Part shown: piece after piece, positions 57,360 to 64,000 of the stretch
Layout of the letters: the number at the start of each line of letters is the position of its first letter
Position numbering within the stretch: position 1 is the first letter of the stretch
From: the human T2T-CHM13v2.0 reference genome, Homo sapiens
Reading direction: 5' to 3' (one strand)
NCBI RefSeq assembly: GCF_009914755.1
Contig: NC_060931.1
Length of the DNA stretch: 64,000 nt
Translations under genes and position numbers: made by a program
The notes under the pieces: model-generated
Told to the model about the DNA's origin: nothing
What the model saw: only the letters and a program-made list of their open reading frames with translations
The model's database searches: none

Positions 57360-58720
57360 AAAACAAAATTCATTTGCACATGTTCAAATCCTGTCATCTC
57401 ATTTAGTGTCCGCCATATTCTTCCCCAATCTTGCCTCATCAATGATTACCAGTAAACTAATGCTAAGGGAGCATTTTCAGTCTTCATTTCACTTGAGCGC
57501 TCATTTATTTTAACCGTGGTGAATATTCACCTTACTTCTTGGAACACACTCATACCTCAGTAAGTTAGCACTACTTACTTTTTTTCTCATAATTTTCTAG
57601 TCACTGACTCTCTTCTTTGGAAGAACATATTCTTCCGTCTAAGTATAAGAAATCTGGTTTTCTTCAGGGTTTCATCCCTGAACTTCCTCTAGTTCATATT
57701 ACAATAAAAAAATGTCCAAAACTATAGCCTCCCCTCATCTCAATAAATGTCACCAAGAGCCATATATTTCCCTATACCAAAAACCTAGATTCACAGTTGA
57801 TTAAAATTTAAAGAAGTTATATGTCACTGTGATAACCCTAGAAGGAAAAAAACATATATGTCAGTACTTTCAAGGATTTTTTAGGTCAATCATCCTTCTC
57901 TTTAATAAGACGAGGGAATGGAGAATATTAGAGAAGATTTATATTTATAAAATAGTCAAATTTAAATTTAAACTTGTTATTTCTTTTGCTACATCCCTTA
58001 AATGGAATGGAAAACTTCCGGTAATATTAAAGATTAATTAAAAACTATTCTTGTATTTTTCCAATCATTCTCTTTGTTTAATTTTCTAGGAATAGAATCC
58101 ACACTAAAAAACATCCGAAGAACACAAAAGCATATAAAACACAGTAGTTTTTGCTTACGTTATAGAATATATTGACTGTAGAGATTTTTTATATTGCTGC
58201 AATTGTTTATTTTAAAATCTGTTCACCTCTGATTTTTCATTAGTCAGAAAAACTTCAGAAATCGTCATCTAATATTCTTCATGTATGCTATTCAAACATA
58301 ATTAATAGGATCCTTATCAGATTTAAAGCTAAACAGAAGACAAAGTCTGACTTCTTCCCAAATCTCCACAAACAATATCTATTCCAAGCCACCACCATCT
58401 CAGGCAGGGCTGTTGCATTCTGGTCTCTCTGCTTCCTCTACTGCTTTCTTCTCATTTTATCTTCTCATCTAGTATCCACACAAGGTGATATTTTAGTGAA
58501 GATTAATGGCTGCCTCACATCTGGAATAAAATAGAAATTTCTTACCCTTTTTAGATTCTGAATAAACAGGTGGTGTCTACTTTCCCACCTTCACTTTATC
58601 CCGTCTTCTCCTAGGTCTGTTCGATCAGATTGTATTGGATTTGGACTCAAGTGCAGAGGCCCTGAGTTCTTCACACAAAGCATCAGTCCATTCAAGACCT
58701 TTCTCTGTGTAATTTATGTG
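57360..58720 (+). mobile_element. Dispersed L2 fragments
   Basis: cattttcagtcttcatttcacttga, catctcaataaatgtcacca, ccaagcccaccaccatctc. Confidence 0.5.
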
Positions 58721-59419
58721 TATTTTCTATGTCTCGTTTCTTTACTTCCATTCTATTTGTTTACCAGGAACCCGATACGTTTTTGAAATGTGTCATTGAA
58801 TTTTTAAGTATTCCTGAAAACTGACCTACGTAGTGTGTTGTTATGTGTGTATCTTAGTTTAACTAATTAATAAGGTATTATGGAATTGTTTCTTTTTCTC
58901 ACTGTTGTTATTCAGCCTCATGTTTTTAATATCCATCCACACTGCTGTGTATGTCTGGTCTGTGGCTTCTAACTAAGTTCTACAGAATACTATATTGCAT
59001 ATAAATATCATATTTCACTCATTTATGTCTCATTGGTTCACTCATTCATCTAACAAGCATTTCCTGAATGCTTTACAATGCCTCATGTCCTGCATCCAGT
59101 GCGGAACATACAGCAGAGTGTGTCTGCTGAGGCAGAGAATACAGACACGCTTAAGTTGCCAGGTTGCTCACCCAGGTGGCCACATTGTACTAGACCCCCA
59201 TCAGCAATATGTAAAAGCCCTTTGTTCACCACATCCCTAATAATACTTGTAAGTAACCAGTATCCATATATTATTTCCTAAGAAATTACTGAAAAACTGT
59301 TTGGACATTTCTTCATGACGAAAAAAACCAGAAATGTAATGTAACAACTAATGTAACAATTAAATTATAAGCAAATGTGTTCATAAAAAATATTTATTCA
59401 GCAAGATAAAATACTTATT

Positions 59420-60135
59420 CTTTATCAGTATGCATTTCACATTAATACAAATGTGCACTAATCCACAAAAGAAACCTCAATGAATCCAAAATATCATCCT
59501 TATACAGACCATCAGTTCTATACAGGAAATAATAATTGTAGAAAACATTTAAAAAAGAAGAATGGCTTCTTTGCTTTTCCATAAATCTGGAAACTAAATA
59601 ACTTTAGATTTTAAAAAAAGGAAATTATAAGGAAAGCTTTGAAATATCTAAAACTGAAAAACAGTGAAGTATAGCACAATTCATGAGATGTCTAAATTGA
59701 ATTTTTATGCGATCATCAAGAGTAAGGATTATTCAAAATAAATGAGGTAAGCTCATTTTTACTTGAGAACATGGAAAATGAACAAGAAAGTAAACATATA
59801 GAAAAAAGAAAGGAAATTATAAAATTAAAGCAAGGACTTATAAAATAGAGAATAAAACAGAGATTGTTAACATTACAAACCAATCACTTTAAGAGATTTT
59901 TAAAATAGACAAACATCTGGCAAAATCAAGTAAAAAATTAGAGGAAAAGATGAAATAAAATACAGCATGAAAAAACAAAATCAGTTCTAATAGCTATTAA
60001 CTACTAAAATATAAACAATCTCAAATAATTTGAAAGCAGATGAAATATATACAATTCTGGAATTAGAGAAAGCATGAAAATTGACTTTAGCAAAAATAGA
60101 AATTTGCAGTAGAATGATAGCCTTCAATTTAAATA
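59420..60135 (+). mobile_element. Very old L1M ORF2 fragment
   Basis: A-rich; acagacca...aaaatagacaaacatctggcaaaa...gcagatgaaat, colinear with the region after the L1 EN domain. Confidence 0.55.
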
Positions 60136-60417
60136 CTGAACAAGGAAATCCATCCAACCTTTCCAACAAAGAGATTCACCTCACTCATTAAGCTTCCAGT
60201 TGCACTAACCTTCTTGAAAGTCTTCAAACATACTAACCCCATTTTGCTTCAGAGCCTTGGTGCTCTTGTCTCTGCTTGATTTACCATATTACCTGCTCTT
60301 CTCACCCGGCCCATCTCTACTCTCCTTCACTGTCACCTCACAAGTTACTTTTTAAGGGAGGCTTTTCTCATTTCCCAGAGTATTCCTTCCCCCTTGCATC
60401 CTCCCAGAACGCACCCA

Positions 60418-60631
60418 CTCTTCCTCCTCCTCTTCTCCTCCCCCTCCTCCTCCCCCTCTTCCTTCTCCCTCCTCCTCCCCCATCCTCCCCCTGCTCCTTC
60501 TCCTCCCCCTGCTCCTCTTCCTCCTCCTCTTCCTCCTCTTTCTCCTCCTCCTCTTCCTCTTCCTCCTTTCTCCTCCTGCTCCTCTTCCTCTTCCTCCTCC
60601 TCCTCTTCCCCCTCCTCCTTCTTCTTCTTCT
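60418..60631. repeat. (CCT/CTT)n-rich pyrimidine low-complexity tract inside an L2 3' end (about 60180-60795)
   Basis: Direct reading; L2 terminus tgaatgaataaatgaataaatga near 60771. Confidence 0.92.
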
Positions 60632-60894
60632 ATAATTATTATTAAGCATTTATTTGATTATATTTTCCCTGATAATTTTATATTCTTAACAGCTGGAATG
60701 TCTTTCCTCGCCTAATTTCTGTTATTTATTACAGCATCTGGGATAAAGCACATGACCAGTTAAAACATACTGAATGAATAAATGAATAAATGACTTCTAC
60801 CACTTTATTCTTTTTCTAGGTGCAAAGTTAAGCATACATATCCATTCGGACTTGCAAGTCATTAATTGAGATACTAAATGATATTTTGTGACCT

Positions 60895-61112
60895 CTAACC
60901 TATGAGGATACAAAGGCATAAGAATGATACGATGGACTTTGGGGACACAGGGGAAAGGGTGGGAGTGGGATGAGAGATAAAGACTACACATTGGGTACAG
61001 CCTACACTGCTTAGGTGATGGATGCACTGAAATCTCAGAAATCACCACTGAAGAGCTTATTCATGTAAGCAAACACCACCTGTTCCCCCAAAACCTAATG
61101 AAATATAAAATA
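60895..61112 (+). mobile_element. L1PB 3' UTR fragment
   Basis: ctatgaggatacaaaggcataagaatgata...aaagactacacattgggtacag...aaatcaccact. Confidence 0.9.
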
Positions 61113-61701
61113 AGTTTTAAAAAATCTGCTTGTGGAATGGATGTCCACCAAACAATTAAGATCAGTTGTAGCTTGTTCTCAACTCTGTTGAAAAGAATGT
61201 AGAGGTAGATATATAATTCCACTTCATATAACCTATTCCCTTGCCTTGTGGATTTGCATTCTGTTAGTCTAATAAAGTTCTCTACAAAACATGTCCTTTA
61301 CAAATTCTTGCAAATGAAATGATTGGCTACTGTTTTTGTTCTAGAATATCAGGAAACTTAATATTAGAGTTATCAGCACATAATTTATAAACTTGATTTA
61401 AAACTATTTGGAAATAAATATACATCCACATTTTTCTCTGTAACTTTCAGGACATTTTTATGTCCTCAGTGAGTTGGCAGAAATCCTAACTAATGATTCT
61501 GCAATAACATCAGCTAATTCTGAAAAGCTTTCAGTATATGTCATCAGGTTGACTTTGAAAGTAAATTTGAAATGTAATCTGCAAACACTTTTCTTCCCTT
61601 TGTCACCTACACAAGTAATGGGCTCTGATTAAGTGATCATATTTGTAAATAAAATTCTATATCCACTCAATTAAATAGTTATATGAGATTTCATGTGGCA
61701 G

Positions 61702-62342
61702 TGTTGGGGAAATATATCTAAAAATGAAATCTGCTGCCCCTGCAGAAAACCTCTCTACAACACTAGAAGAAAAACAGGGGTTTTATTATTGAATAAACAT
61801 TAAACAGCAATGTGATGCATGTCACTGACAATCCACTAAAGAGATGGTCAAGACAGGAAGAAATCTTAGCTGTTTATATAGCCAAGCAAACACAACTCGT
61901 AACACACAAGTTCTCAAGATAAACTAACTAGTCCTCAAGTAAGAGAACACTACAGCACTGTCTGTCACACATAATTCATCCTAAATGCACTTTGTAATTG
62001 GGTAGTCACCTGTGTTTGCTAATTGAGTTTAAATGAAAACTAAATTTCTCCTATCTTTATGAGCAGAGGCATGTTTGCCAACGAAAGTTAGGCTCCTATC
62101 ATCCCAGGTAACTGGGAGATAGAGCCTCTATCTTCCTTGATGATTATATTTCAAAGAGTTGTCATTCAAGTCCTTGAGAAAACCTTCCTGAGCTGCTTAT
62201 TTACATACATTTCAAAGAGACTGAGAAAAGGACTTACAAGTTTTCTACCATAAATAAGGAAAAGGGGGTAAAGGAAATCTCTTATTTTATTTTCAAGAGA
62301 GGGGATTAAGCCCCTTACTTCTAATTTGTATTTGCCCTTATA
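61702..62342 (-). mobile_element. ERV1-class solo LTR (MER72/MER34-group-like)
   Basis: The minus strand begins t(a)taagggcaaatacaaatta and ends ccccaaca, with internal TATA (gtttatatag) and AATAAA (ttttatt) in LTR order. Confidence 0.7.
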
Positions 62343-62429
62343 ATAGACTCAAAGTTACAATGAGATATAAGGCATTTGTTAGTTTTAAATAAAATTTTTC
62401 TTTCACTGATTTTAAAGGTGACCTCAAAG

Positions 62430-63110
<681 letters not shown>

Positions 63111-64000
63111 TATTTGCATATTTTATAGATAAGAAATGTGCCTATATTCCTGAATGTGTAGTCAGAGAAATTGTTGATACAATAAAATAACCTAACATCT
63201 TTGTATTTCAGTTTGAAACCGCTCAGCCTGAGAGATTACCCTGTAGAAAGGTTTGTTTTGTTCACAAGATTAGTCAGGCTAACTGCTTTAAAGGCCAGGG
63301 TGCAGAAAATGCTTTATTTAAAGCTTATTTTATTTAGCAGGTTGTGCAGGCTGTTTCTAGAATTCAAAAAATGTTTAGGCCTGGGAAAAAATGCTGTAGT
63401 GTGTAAGGAGAAGGATAGGAAATAAAGCAATGACGGAGAGAACTGTTTGCACCAAAATGAAAGAAGAGCAGGAAGATGGGTAAAGTCCAGGTTCAATATG
63501 CCGTGAAAGTCATATAAGAGAATAACAGTCCTGAAAGAAATGAACTGAGCAGGGAAGGTGAAAAGCATCTTAAGAAGAAAAGGGGTTCTAAATACTCTGA
63601 AAGAAACCATAGTCAAAGAGGTTACTTCAGGGCCAACACAAATTGAAGCAGGGAAGATCTTGATCAAAGGATATTTGAACTGCTGAGAAACAGAGTGAAG
63701 GATTAAAAGAATTGGGTGCTTATGTTTGGAACATGCCCAGACAATTGTCTTATGATTTTTCAAGGCTTCAGTTCATAAGTTAGAAGGCTAGATAGTTAAT
63801 TGTATTACTTGGTTATCAGATTTTATTTTTATACTTTTTTTCTGGTTATTAAAATTAAAACATGCTCGTTCTTGAAAACATTTTCAAATGCATCAAAGTT
63901 TTAAAGTCTCTTGCACTGCCACTATTTTATCATTCTCAGTCTTTAAATTCTATATTCTAAACTTCTATACAGGACTTTTCCTTCTGCTTCTAGTGCACTA

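Overview
Human (or very close hominid) nuclear DNA, AT-rich and dominated by interspersed repeats. I found no recognisable protein-coding exon, intact RNA gene, CpG island or CRISPR array. It reads as gene-desert or deep-intronic sequence. The largest elements are a full-length but ORF-disrupted L1PA6-like LINE-1 (20666-26781, perfect 16-bp TSD) nested in ORF2 of an older L1M element, and many older L1, L2, MIR, CR1, Alu, LTR and DNA-transposon fossils. Subfamily names come from recalled consensus sequences and are approximate. The most unusual items are: a very young ~96-100 bp mitochondrial insertion (tRNA-Val/16S junction); a TSD-flanked, tail-less tRNA-Met 5'-half retrocopy; a ~650 bp polyadenylated orphan insert inside an old L1; a perfect 86-bp palindrome; three 5'-inverted L1s of different ages; a fossil non-L1 (RTE/L4-like) reverse transcriptase; and an Alu-tail-derived (GAA)21 tract. 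I see no evidence of a new multi-gene biological system. The window is best described as an archive of distinct insertion and repair mechanisms.
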